Shown here: piece by piece, positions 1-11,579 of the stretch
Layout of the letters: the number at the start of each line of letters is the position of its first letter
How positions within the stretch are numbered: position 1 is the first letter of the stretch
Source: Octopus vulgaris
Taxonomy: Eukaryota
Reading direction: 5' to 3'
Length of the DNA: 64,000 bases
Assembly: GCA_951406725.2 (NCBI GenBank)
Contig: OX597815.1
Span: 214,210,001-214,274,000, forward strand
Position numbers and translations under genes: made by a program
Notes under the pieces: model-generated
Seen by the model: only the letters and a program-made list of their open reading frames with translations
Told to the model about the DNA's origin: nothing
The model's database searches: none

Positions 1-150
1 ACTTTACGTTCTGTGTTCAAATTCCGTTGAGATCGATTTTGCCTTTAATCTTTTCGACAAAATAAGTAGCGGTTGAGCACTGAGATCGGTGTAATCGAAT
101 TACCATTGCCCCTCAAAATTGCTGGCCTTGTGCTAAAACTGGAAACTATT
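1..150 (+). mobile_element. SINE-A (old-tail subfamily), 5' part outside window
   Basis: B-box-like GTTCAAATTCC, body similar to other copies, tail CCCCTCAAAATTGCTGGCCTTGTGC. Confidence 0.8.
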
Positions 151-410
151 ATTACTTAGAGTGTGCGTAATGTACGTCCAAGGGCGACGTTTTTGTTTAT
201 ACTACAAGTGATAAAATAACGCTAACCTTGTTTTACATTCACATAATAATGTGTAAAGAGGGTGAGTGTGTTATTGATGATGTCATTGACTTGCTCCAGG
301 TCAGTCTTGACTAAACAGAACAATGCTCAGATAGGTTCCACTCACAACCATCACATTTTTATCCCGATGTTACAAATTTAGCACATTATTCAATATGTTC
401 CTTCCATTTA

Positions 411-600
411 AAGGCGGTGAGTTGTCGGGGTTGTTAGCAGGTTGGGCAAAATGCTTAGCGGCATTTCGTCCATTTCTACGTTCTGAATTCGCCAAGGTCG
501 ACTTTGCCTTTCATCCTTTTGAAGTCGTTAAAGCAAGTACCAATTAAATCGACTTTTACTCTCCCTTGAAATTGCTGGCCTTGTGCCAAAATTTGAAAGC
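411..600 (+). mobile_element. SINE-A (old tail), degenerate
   Basis: AAGGCGGTGAGTTG head, GGTCGACTTTGCCTTTCATCC body, ATTGCTGGCCTTGTGCCAAAATTTGAAA tail. Confidence 0.8.
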
Positions 601-995
601 AGTATGTTGCTTCCATTTTGAAAATTGTAAGGAAATTTGACTGCTATACTTTGAAAGTCAAACAACTATAAAGAGCTTCCGTATCCCAGTGATTTTACTC
701 TTCGGGAAGTCTTCAACGACATCCTCTATCTCAACCGACTCAGATAATCTATTTCTGTTATTTTCTTTCTTTTTTTACTGTTAAAGTTAAATATTTCAAG
801 CAATTAAACAAATCATGCAAGTGGGTGTTTGAATGGATTAGCAACGCTAAATCCACCACACTCCACAAAGAAGAATTTAAAAACTCGTTGAGACCAAATT
901 CCCCTACAGTTTCTGATAAGAGATCATTTTTATCTGCAGGGTTTTCTTACTACTTATGATCGCCAGGATTTTCCTATCATGGAGAATATGTCAAG

Positions 996-997
<2 letters not shown>

Positions 998-1031
<34 letters not shown>

Positions 1032-1335
1032 TGTGTACAGTGCTCAGGTGCACTACAACTCATCTAAAGTGTATATATAATCAGGTGTAGTTTCGGCGGA
1101 TTTCGGAAAGGATGAGGGCCTTAAAGGATGCAGTGTCATGGCAGTCAACAACTGACGCAGGCAGTTTATTCCATGCTTCAGCAACTCTGAGCGTGAAAAA
1201 ATGTTTCCGAAAGTCATGGGAGCTGTGTTGTTTTCTGACTTTGTAGGCATGTCCACGTGTGTTAGACACATGGAGATCAAAAAGGTGTTCAGTGTTGTTG
1301 TTGGTGAGGTTGTTGGTGAGGTGTATAATAGCTTT
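998..1335 (-). mobile_element. CR1/L2-group LINE 3' end with (TTA)n tail
   Basis: C-terminus of ORF 1081..1569 reads TRGHAYKVRKQHSSHDFRKHFFTLRVAEAWNKLPASVV..FK, typical post-RT CR1 motif; short 3' UTR then TTA repeat. Confidence 0.85.
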
Positions 1336-1768
1336 TGAATTTCGGCACAAGACAAGCAATTTTAGATGGAGGGTTAAGTCGATTATATCGGCCTCAGTGC
1401 TCATGGTTTGACAACGAAAGGACGAGAAACAAACCTGATCACGGTGGGATTTGAACTCAGAACATAAAAAGCCGGAAGAAATGTCGCTAAACCTTTTATC
1501 CTCCATGCTAACGATTCTGCTGGACCACCGGCTTAGGCATGTATCTATAATCTTTCCTATGATAAGCACAAGGCCTGAAATGTTGGGGGAGGGGGATAGT
1601 CGATTGCATCGACCCCAGTACGCAACTGGTACTTATTTCAATGACTCTGAAAGGAGGAAACGTAAAGTAGACCCCAGCGGAATTTGAACTCAGAACATAA
1701 AGAATGGATGAAATGTCGTTAAATATTTTGTCCGATGCGCTTGCGATTCTACTTGCTGACCGGCTTAG
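1335..1768 (-). mobile_element. Two tandem degenerate SINE-A copies (old tail)
   Basis: Reverse-complement SINE-A at ~1335-1535 and ~1551-1768 (GCACAAG.., AGTCGATT..ATCG, GGAATTTGAACTCAGAAC). Confidence 0.75.
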
Positions 1769-2230
1769 CCATGCGTGAATAATAATAAATTTACGAATAT
1801 AGAATTAAACACAAAGACTACAAAAATTGAAATTTTCTCATAATTCGCCTCCTTATCGTTATTTTCCCGGAAACCATTAGTGGTCTCTTGTAGAATTCTT
1901 GGGTTCTGAGGAATTATACTTCGGAAACGCTAACATAAAGAATCTAGAGTTTTAGATGAATGTTGTTGTTCGTCTTAGTGTTTATCCTGCTTTAGTGCAG
2001 GTCAACTCGTTTTTTTTGTTTATTGATTTGAACGGAATGTTTATCCAATTAACGTTTATCTCCGGAACACTCCTATCATTGTTCGCCGGTCCTAAAGACT
2101 CCATTTTTCGCTACTGCAAGGTCGGAGATACAACACTATATTTGAAATCAGAATGAGAAGATCTAGCACTGATACCACAAGCAATTTCGTTTCCTCTTTT
2201 GACGATCCTGCCAAAGGCGGGACAGGCATA

Positions 2231-2436
2231 TTACTCTTTTACTTGTTTCAGTCATTTGACTGTGGCCATGCTGGAGCACCGCCTTTAGTCGAACAAATCG
2301 ACCCCAGGACTTATTCTTTGTAAACCTAGTACTTATTCTATCGGTCTCTTTTGTCGAACCGTTAAGTTACGGGGACGTAGACACACCAGCATCGGTTGTC
2401 AAGCGATGTTGGGGGGAAACAAACACAGGCACACAA

Positions 2437-2518
<82 letters not shown>

Positions 2519-2681
2519 GACCGGCTTCTTCCAGTTTCCGTCTACCAAATCCACTCACAAGGTTTTGGTCGGCCCGTGGCTTTAGTAGAAGACACTTGCC
2601 CAAGGTGCCACGCAGTGGGACTGAACCCGGAACCATGTGATTCGTAAGCAAGCTACTTTCCCACACAGCCACTCCTAAGCC
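2231..2681 (-). mobile_element. SINE-B, tRNA-headed CORE-like SINE with internal (CA)n/(TA)n
   Basis: Minus strand A box TGGCTGTGTGG, B box GGTTCAGTCCC, CORE-like CCTTGGGCAAGTG; tail ATGACTGAAACAAGTAAAAGAGTAA; near-identical to 21019-21430. Confidence 0.9.
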
Positions 2682-2749
2682 TATTTATTGAAAAATATAT
2701 ATTAGCGACAAAGACAGTAATATTAGCGAGGGGTAATATTTATCCCCAC

Positions 2750-2935
2750 TTAAACTTGGATGTTCTGTTAGAACAGCCTATACTGCGGTAGATAGGATGA
2801 GAGAAACTCTCATATTGATTTTTGGGGCAATTACACTCTTGTTTATATCGCTAGTGGTGAGATAAATGTTTGCCAACGCCAGCACCGAGACCACCTGATC
2901 ACGTGATTTCGACTTTCCTCGGTCTTGTCAATGAC
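2750..2935. repeat. Unclassified dispersed repeat, inverted partner of 14925-15118
   Basis: GATGTTCTGTTAGAACAGCCTATACTGCGGTAGATA is the reverse complement (1 mismatch) of sequence near 15075-15110; similarity extends ~180 bp. Confidence 0.75.
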
Positions 2936-3441
2936 GGACAAATTTATTGATTTTAAAGGAACAAGTGAAAAGTTGAACCGTCGGTGTGAATTGAACTCAG
3001 AGAGCTTTAATAAATATCGCAGAACATTCTATCTGACACTAACAACTTTACCAATCCACACACAGCTTTTACGACTACGTTGCTTTGGGAGGGATATCAT
3101 TGATTACAACGATCTTGTTACTCTTAAGTCAACCATACAAGAGAAGTGGAAGTGGAAATCAACTGTTTGGAACATAGGAAAACGCAACCGAAAATTGAAA
3201 TTCATTAGTCTACTGTTTCATAACACCTTTACATTGTTTCTGCAATATCATGCTTGGTATTTAGTTCCGCTGTTTCTGTGAAATCAACTTCCGAAGAAAT
3301 GCTACAAATGAAGAAAACTGATTAAAAGAGAGAGAAAGAGAGAAATGAGGAGGGGACAGGAGAAAGGATGTAGTAGTTGTTTATGCCCAGTTTGAGCCTT
3401 TCTTATAGACTTACGATCAAAAGAAAGCGAGATGGAATGTA

Positions 3442-4310
3442 CAGGGTCCGATGGGTAAATTGTCATCATTTTATATTTTAATTTCGAGCATGTACATTAT
3501 TTGCTTTTGATTTTGTCGACTACACTGTATAGTAGGGTCAGTTGGGCGCCGTCTGTAAGAAAAACAGTACCATGGCGCAATTCACTCATTCAGAAATTTG
3601 GAAACGACATTGTGTGCTGCTTGGTATTCGCGCCGGACAATACGAACAGATGGTGAACACACAGAACAACCGTTAGCTTGCCGTATCCCCAAAACATGTA
3701 CTGAGAGTGATAAAACTGAAACATCCAGTCAACTTCATGATGCTTGGAGTGATCACTAGTGATGGTGACGCTATGCTTCCATTCATCTTTTCACACGGCC
3801 TCAGTCTCAACACAGAGGCCTACATCAAGTGCCTGGAAAAGGTAGTGCTGCTCTGGGTCAAGAGGGTGGCTGCTGGAAGACATGTCTGGCAACAGGACTC
3901 TGTACCATTCTACACAAGCAGGAGAACTCAGTCATGGCTGTCAGACAATTTCTGCGATCACATCACCTCTAACATCTGACCACCTAACTCCCCAGACTGC
4001 AACTCCTTTGGTTATTGTGTGTGGGGCGTAGTTGAGTGAGGGACCTTGTTACACCAAAGATGAACTGAAGGCAAGGATTATGGCAGCATTCACCAACTTA
4101 AGCAAAGAGACCATCTAGAAGAGCTGCAGGAGATTCCAAAGTCACCTGGAAGCCGTGGTTGAAGCCAGTGGCGATTTTATTGAATAAATTTACTCTTTAG
4201 TATTTCAAGATATTTTTATGTAATTTTGGTAAATATATCTGATAAAATGTGATGTCAGCATTATTTTCATTTTTGTGCAATTTAGACCACACTATATTCA
4301 CCGCACTCTG
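3442..4310 (+). mobile_element. Internally deleted Tc1/mariner transposon, maT (DD37D) type; transposase pseudogene
   Basis: TA flanks, degenerate TIRs CAGGGTCCGATGG / CCGCACTCTG; ORF 3707..3979 continues WQQDS...NI*PPNSPDCNSFGYCVWG, 37 residues between QQD and the (D>G) third catalytic position. Confidence 0.85.
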
Positions 4311-4389
4311 TATATTTTAGGAGCAAAAGATTCTGATAATACAGCAATTAAAATGAGGGCCGCCAGCACCTGCAAGCACAGACATTATC

Positions 4390-4575
4390 CTTCTCAACCC
4401 ATACAGACTCATAAGGCTAGTTTCGCCGTTTACGTGGTGCCTACATTTTCTCCTTGGACGGGAGACAGGTCCATCGCAAGATTACTCACGGGAGCAACTT
4501 GAAACGAAGTGTTTTGCTTCTGAACACAACGCATCACTCGGTTCTTACGATCGTCATTCCAATACCCTAACCCAA
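4390..4575 (-). mobile_element. Degenerate SINE-C variant
   Basis: Collinear similarity to 5410-5645 (GTCCATCGCA, GAAGTGTTTTGCT, GAACACAACGC, CCCTAACC). Confidence 0.6.
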
Positions 4576-4769
4576 ACCCATTCGCCCCCAGAAGCACAGA
4601 CCTGAGTAAAGTTTGTTTTGAGGAAGGCCACCAGCTGCCGATGCGTGCAAAGTTTTCCGCTCCATTTCATCGATTATTTCCAAGAAAAACGGTCAGCGAA
4701 GATCGATGTAGCTTGACACCAATCTCATCTTATCCGATGCTCTATCGGTCCTGCCAATCTACGGCTCTT

Positions 4770-5095
4770 TTTCTTTGTTACTTGGTTCTGTCATTGGACT
4801 GCAGCCATGTTAGGGCACTGACTCGAAGCATTTAGTCGAACATGTTCATACCAGTTACTTAGTCGTAAACAAACCAACTCCGGTTGTCCAGCATTTATGG
4901 AGAAAAACGACAAACGCAAAAGTACACATTTACAATATGGGCTTCACAGTTTCGATCAACTAAATCCACTTACATTGTATTAGTGTGCCCGAGGCTGTAG
5001 TAGAAAAAACTTGCTTAAGATGCCACGCAGTGGGACGAGCCCCAAACCACCTGGCTGCAAGAGGAGGCACTTAATCACACAACCATACATGCACC
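4770..5095 (-). mobile_element. Degenerate SINE-B
   Basis: GTCATTGGACTGCAGCCATG, GCCCGAGGCTGTAGTAGAA, GCCACGCAGTGGGAC match SINE-B. Confidence 0.7.
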
Positions 5096-5409
5096 TTTAT
5101 TGGACACAGTAAAAAAAAAAGATGAAACGTAAAATTGACCTCTGCAAAATTCGAACTCAGAACATAGAAAGTCGGTAGAAGACATTCTATTCAACATGGT
5201 AACGCTGTTAAATAATAATCGATATTGATCATAGTTTCTAAAACAAAAACATAGGCGATTTATTGTTCCATAAAATAGTTTTGACAAAATATAAAACCGT
5301 AAAAATGTATTCTTGAAGTGATATGAAGGAGGTGCTAATGGTTTGCTGTCGAAACTTCATACGAGTATAAAGAAACCATTGCTCATAACTATAATAAATA
5401 ATAAAGAAA

Positions 5410-5645
5410 TAAATGCGCCCTTTAAAGCCTAGCCAGACTCATGGGCCCAGTTTCCCTGTTTCTATGGCGTATGTGTTCCCCAGCTACACGGAACGCCAGT
5501 CCATCGCAGCGTTACTCATTTTTGCCAGCTGAGTGGACTGGAGCACCGTGAAATGAAGTGTTTTGCTCAAGAACACAACGCGTCGCCCGGTCCAGGAATC
5601 GAAACCACAATCTTACGATCATGATGCTGACACCCTAACCACCAT
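5410..5645 (-). mobile_element. SINE-C variant (tRNA head, CORE-like segment, alternative 3' body)
   Basis: Minus strand TGGTTAGGGTG..GGTTTCGATTCC, TGTTCTTGAGCAAAACACTT, then CTGCGATGGACTGGCG body. Confidence 0.8.
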
Positions 5646-6093
5646 AACTATAATACGTACGTCATTTGATAACTGAAGTACTTGGTGAAATATGTTTAGT
5701 TCCATTACACACACACACACACACACAAATGTTTATGTGTGTGCGTGTGAGAGTAAGTAAAGGATGTGTACGAAAATATTACTATGTGGCAGCGCAGTAA
5801 TTATTTCCGATTAGATTTGCACGGAAAGAAAGAAGAAATACAATAATAAAAAGCAAGAGATGAACAAATTTACTGTTTGGTAGGAAAACGGAAAGAAGAC
5901 GGTGGATGAATGAGATGCAAGTTTATTTATTGCATTCAAAGAATTCACATGGAAATAATTGTAATTGAAGATTCAGTAACATAGTGAAATCTTGTACAAA
6001 ATGAAGCGTAATATGTAAGAGAAGGTGAAAAGCCATGAGTAATCTAGATCGACCATTGATACATATTGTTAAAGAATATATACATACATGTAT

Positions 6094-6147
<54 letters not shown>

Positions 6148-6597
6148 GTACATATATGTGTATGTATATATATATATATATATGTATGTATATATATGTA
6201 CATAACACAAAAAGACGTTTCAGTGAGCTCTTTGATAATAAGTCTTAATGATTCACCACCATTTTAAGTTTATTTATCAGTTGTGTTTCAATGCAGGCAG
6301 AGAAAGATAACCACTGACGAATTATTCAACTGAAAATTGAACATTTTCGCTTGTTTTATCCCGTGAATGTACCAGTTAATGACGGAGAAAGATAAAATGT
6401 TGTAAAATAAATGAGTAGTATTCGTTTCATGTGAATTGATACGATTATTGTACTCAGAAAAATGTTGTGGCTTTTGTACTCGATTATGACGACGACGATG
6501 ACTAGGGTGAGGAAGAAGATGATGATTGTTCGTGTTGTTATTAATATTTCTGTGTTAGACACGTTTTCATTCTGTTAGAAATCATCAATAATAATAA

Positions 6598-6988
6598 TCT
6601 ATATATATAAAGCTGAAGTTGTCTGTGTGTGGCAGGTTTGGTAGCCTTCAACTAACACTATCTCCTCCGAGACCCTGCGGCACAAGTTGACCAAACTTGA
6701 GAGTATGATAGAAGAAGGCTTGCTCTTCCTTCCGTAGAAGATAAAATTCAAATCGGACCATGTTAACACCAAAAGTTATTTACATCAATATGGTGCTTTT
6801 TTTCTATGAAAATCCCTATCTTTTAATGATTTTTTTGCTGCTGTGTCGCCATTTTTCGATGTATTTCAACCAGAAAAATGTTCACTTAAAGAGAATAACA
6901 AGCTACATAATACATAAGTTTTACTTTTCAAAAATTCCAATTCTGAAGGGTCGAAACAAACCGGAGCAACGCCGGGCGATACTGCTAG
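6598..6988 (+). mobile_element. Non-autonomous Helitron
   Basis: A|TC 5' end, CTAG|T 3' end, subterminal hairpin CCGGAGCAACGCCGG, no TSD. Confidence 0.9.
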
Positions 6989-7356
6989 TTATTTATAAAA
7001 GGGAAACGAAACAATGTATCATCGTAATGTTGGTAATAATGTCAAGTGGCAGAGATGATGAGAGCGGTGGTGCTGGTTGAAGCGATGCTTGCAGAAAGAA
7101 GTTGTTGTCCTCTCTGTACCCGTTCCTTAGACTACATTAGCCAAAGTGATCTTCATTCGTATTTTTAATACAGGAGACTTATCATATGAAAGAAATTTTG
7201 TTGCTATTTGGAGAAGGTCGCGTAACAAAGTGAAAACAATCCATTGTTCGTTTGGAAGAGACGTTGATGTAGTAAAAGATAGATTTTGTGCAAATGGTTG
7301 GGATAATCGACTACATCCTCTTGTATCTACCTATCTATTTGCTTGCTTATCTATCT

Positions 7357-8190
<834 letters not shown>

Positions 8191-8365
8191 GTGTTCTGAA
8201 TCTCGGACTTTTTCGGATCCCAGAACAAAAATCAGCTGCCTTAGATTGTAAACTAGACATCAAAATGGACGTCCTACGACTGTAGCAAAAGTATATGTTT
8301 ACGTACTTACAATCAGTGGGAGAAATAAAGATTACGAATATTACTACAGTTTATTTATAGGGTAT

Positions 8366-8530
8366 ACTAGCAAACGCACCCCTCCTTTGGACGGTGTAAT
8401 CTATGTATATATAACCCTTTGTTTGTCTGTCTGTTCCCTGTGCATTCTCAAATGGTTCGACCAAATCAAATCACATTTCACAAGGTAATTCTATCAGACC
8501 AATGATTGTCAACATGTAATTTTTTTTTTC
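8366..8530. mobile_element. Probable Helitron end fragments
   Basis: ACTAGCAAACGCACCC (minus-strand 3' end-like) next to A|TCTATGTATATATAA..GTCTGTCTGT (5' end-like). Confidence 0.4.
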
Positions 8531-9817
8531 CATTTGGATTAAAACAATATAACTGTGGTACTGGTTCAGTATTACGTGTCAAAAGTGAAAAAAGTGTCAA
8601 ACGTGTTCTATTATTCTATCCTAAAGACATGCAACATATAGAAACTGGCTTATTCAAGGATTTTGAAGTAGCAGTTTTAAAGATCAGATATATCAAATTA
8701 AACAGAATATTTTGAGTCACGTGTTAATAGTGTTACTTTTTAGAGATGGGGAAGAAATTAAAAACTAAATTAACAAACCAATAATTAAACTCTTTATATC
8801 AACATGATTGTCACACTGATAATTCGCAGAAAAGTATGTTGTTATTCCTCCTTCTTGGGGTTGCTTGTAGACGAGTTAAAAGGGAACATTCGAGCATCTA
8901 GAAATAGTAAACAAATATTTGTGAAATTGTTCCCTACCTTAAACAGAACGGAAAATATTGAATAATGTATTCTTAGATACTCAATACTCAAAAAAGAAAA
9001 AGAAAAAAGAAGGACCGAGGTGTCATGGCTAGAAAGTCTATGATCACAGATTTACTCAGACTGGGCTACTTGATGGCAACTAAATAACCCCTACTCACTC
9101 AAGCAGTAGTCCTTTCCGGAATTCTCACTCTTTAAAAGATAAATATATATAAAACGAATACATCTGTGACTGCTTACACTACTTTGACCTGTTCCTGTTC
9201 CCGGTATCTCTTACTGACTTCGCCTCGGCTATTCCCTGAAGATCTGTTTTCATATGTTCCAATAATAAGCAACATATCTCCGACAACTCACTTCCAATCA
9301 AATCTCCATTACTTACATTAGCATGACTTCATCTACTTACTTAACCAGACTTCCTAGTTCTCGGTTTTGTTTTTCCAGGTCAGCCTTAGATTTGGCGTAA
9401 ACGTATCTTCACTCACAGTAAAACCAGTAAACTTTTTAATGCGTTAGGTGTTCGGGATTGTTCTAATATTATTTGTTTTTTGTTTTTTCATTTGGCTTCT
9501 TCCTCTTTTATAAACAAAGACCACAGATATTTTCATTCCATCAAAGCTAATTCAAACGGATAAACAGAATTTACTGACAGAACATTTCTCATGAGTTTCT
9601 CTCGACTTTTAAAATCAATTTTACATCTGCATGTGACATTTGAAGGAAAACAATAACTGTTGTTTGCTAAATATTTTAATGTGAATGCATTTAGTTATTA
9701 AAGTTAGCAATTTGAAATTGTCGGCGAGGCAGCAGATTTCCTCAAATCATAAACACCATCTTATCGGTGTTACAAAGTGAAGTAAAGTAGTATCGGAATG
9801 TATCCTAAACAATTTAC

Positions 9818-10246
9818 GGATCTTTTCGGTTTGAACGGCAGTTTTTTAAGATAATTTCCACGTAAATAAACACTTTTAAACTTCGCATACTGGTAGAATG
9901 TGTTTATAAAACATCTTTTTCTCTTGGCTTTATTGAGAAAATTCTATAGTTTGTAAGATATTTGTTGTTTTTTTCTTCAATTTCTGCAATTTCAACCTAT
10001 CAATGACGTCTATTGAGGTGAAAACATTCTGTGCCGTATGAAAATGTCCCTCGTTTAAGAAACAGATTGAGTTTATTTACATTTCTGAAGAAAAAAGATA
10101 CCCTTCCCCCACCTCTAACCCTAACCCTAACCCTAACCCTAAAACAGATTGAAATGCAATAGATCGACACTAGGGTCATAATTATGGGTGGCAATTTCAT
10201 ATGACACCGGTAGAAAAAAAAACTGCAGTTCAAACCGAAAAGATCC
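9818..10246. mobile_element. MITE, Merlin-like, with internal (CCCTAA)n
   Basis: 30 bp TIR GGATCTTTTCGGTTTGAACGGCAGTTTTTT (1 mismatch), perfect 8 bp TSD CAATTTAC (9810-9817, 10247-10254), 5'-GG termini. Confidence 0.9.
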
Positions 10247-10409
10247 CAATTTACTCTTCTTTTGAATTTTAGAAAGGGAAACTACAACAAAATACTGTAC
10301 CAACTTTGTTTCTTAGTTCGTATTTTCTTTCTTTTATCTTTGTTGTATTTTCGATACAAATTTTACTAACAACGCAAATGTTACATTTAGTGCAGATTAA
10401 AATTCAAAT

Positions 10410-10600
10410 TTTATGCGCTCTTCCGGCTCTTTATGTTATAAGTTCAAATCACGTGGAGGTCAACTTTGTTTTTCAGCTTTTCGGTGTCGATAAAATTAAG
10501 AACCATTCAAGTACTGGGGTTTATAAAATTGACTAAAATCCTCCCGCTAAAAGAAAAGAAAAATTGCTGACCTTGTGACAAAATTTGAAACAATTATTAT
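10410..10600 (+). mobile_element. Degenerate SINE-A (old tail)
   Basis: AGTTCAAATC..GAGGTCAACTTTG..AAAATTGCTGACCTTGTGACAAAATTTGAAAC. Confidence 0.7.
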
Positions 10601-10984
10601 TATTACTATTATTATGAAATTCTTTCCGACACCCTCATTCTTTTCATTCAGACAATACAGCCGGTTGGACGTCAGCGCTTGCATAATAGGGGTGGGAGTT
10701 AGTGGTATACATGAGTGATGACGTTTACACGGAGGTTCTAAAAGATGATAAAGAGGAGTTGAACTGACTATCCCGAAAGACATTCAGATACTGGACAATG
10801 GACAACTTCTGAAAATTATCAACATTGTGGTGAGACCGAAGGCTACAGCGAGTTTCAGGATAAAATCAATAAAGTAACGAGCACAATAGTTCCGCCAACC
10901 GAACCCACCACAATCGAAATATGTGCAGAGTAACAAAATGTATTTCGTGATCTCATTCATTGTCTGAACATTGCTGATGCATAG

Positions 10985-11401
10985 AAAGGTGGCGAGCTGG
11001 CAGAGTGGTTAGCACGCCGGGCGAAATGTTTAGCGGTATTTCGTCTGCTGTTACGTTCTGAGTTCAATTTCCGCCGAGGTCGACTTTGCCTTTCATCCTT
11101 TCGGGGTCGATAAATTAAGTACCAGTTACGCACTGGGGTCGATGTAATCGACTTAATACCTATGTCTGTCCTTGTTTGACCTCTCTGTGTTTAGCCCCTT
11201 GTGGGTAATAAAGAAATAGGTATTTCGTCTGCCGCTACGTTCTGAGTTCAGATTCCGCCGAGGTCGACTTTGCCTTTCATCCTTTCGGAGTGTATTAAAT
11301 AAGTACCAGTTACGCACTGGGGTCGATATAATCGACTTAATCCGTTTGTCTGTCCTTGTTTGTCCTCTCTGTGTTTAGCCCCTTGTGGGTAGTAAAGAAA
11401 T
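10985..11401 (+). mobile_element. SINE-A young-tail dimer
   Basis: Full unit plus 5'-clipped unit; 15 bp TSD ACATTGCTGATGCAT (10968-10982, 11402-11416). Confidence 0.95.
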
Positions 11402-11579
11402 ACATTGCTGATGCATGGAGTTATTTCAAACAGTCATTGCTGTGTATAGGACGGGTTCGACTATGAAGCAACACTATAATTAAATGATGAAAAACAATAA
11501 CTGCTGTTTGTTAATATTTTAATGTAAATGTATTTAGTTATTAAAATTAGCAATTTGAAATTGTTGGCAAATTGTTGTT

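Noticed and set aside
10115-10142. Telomere or chromosome fusion site
   Set aside because: Short tract internal to a MITE
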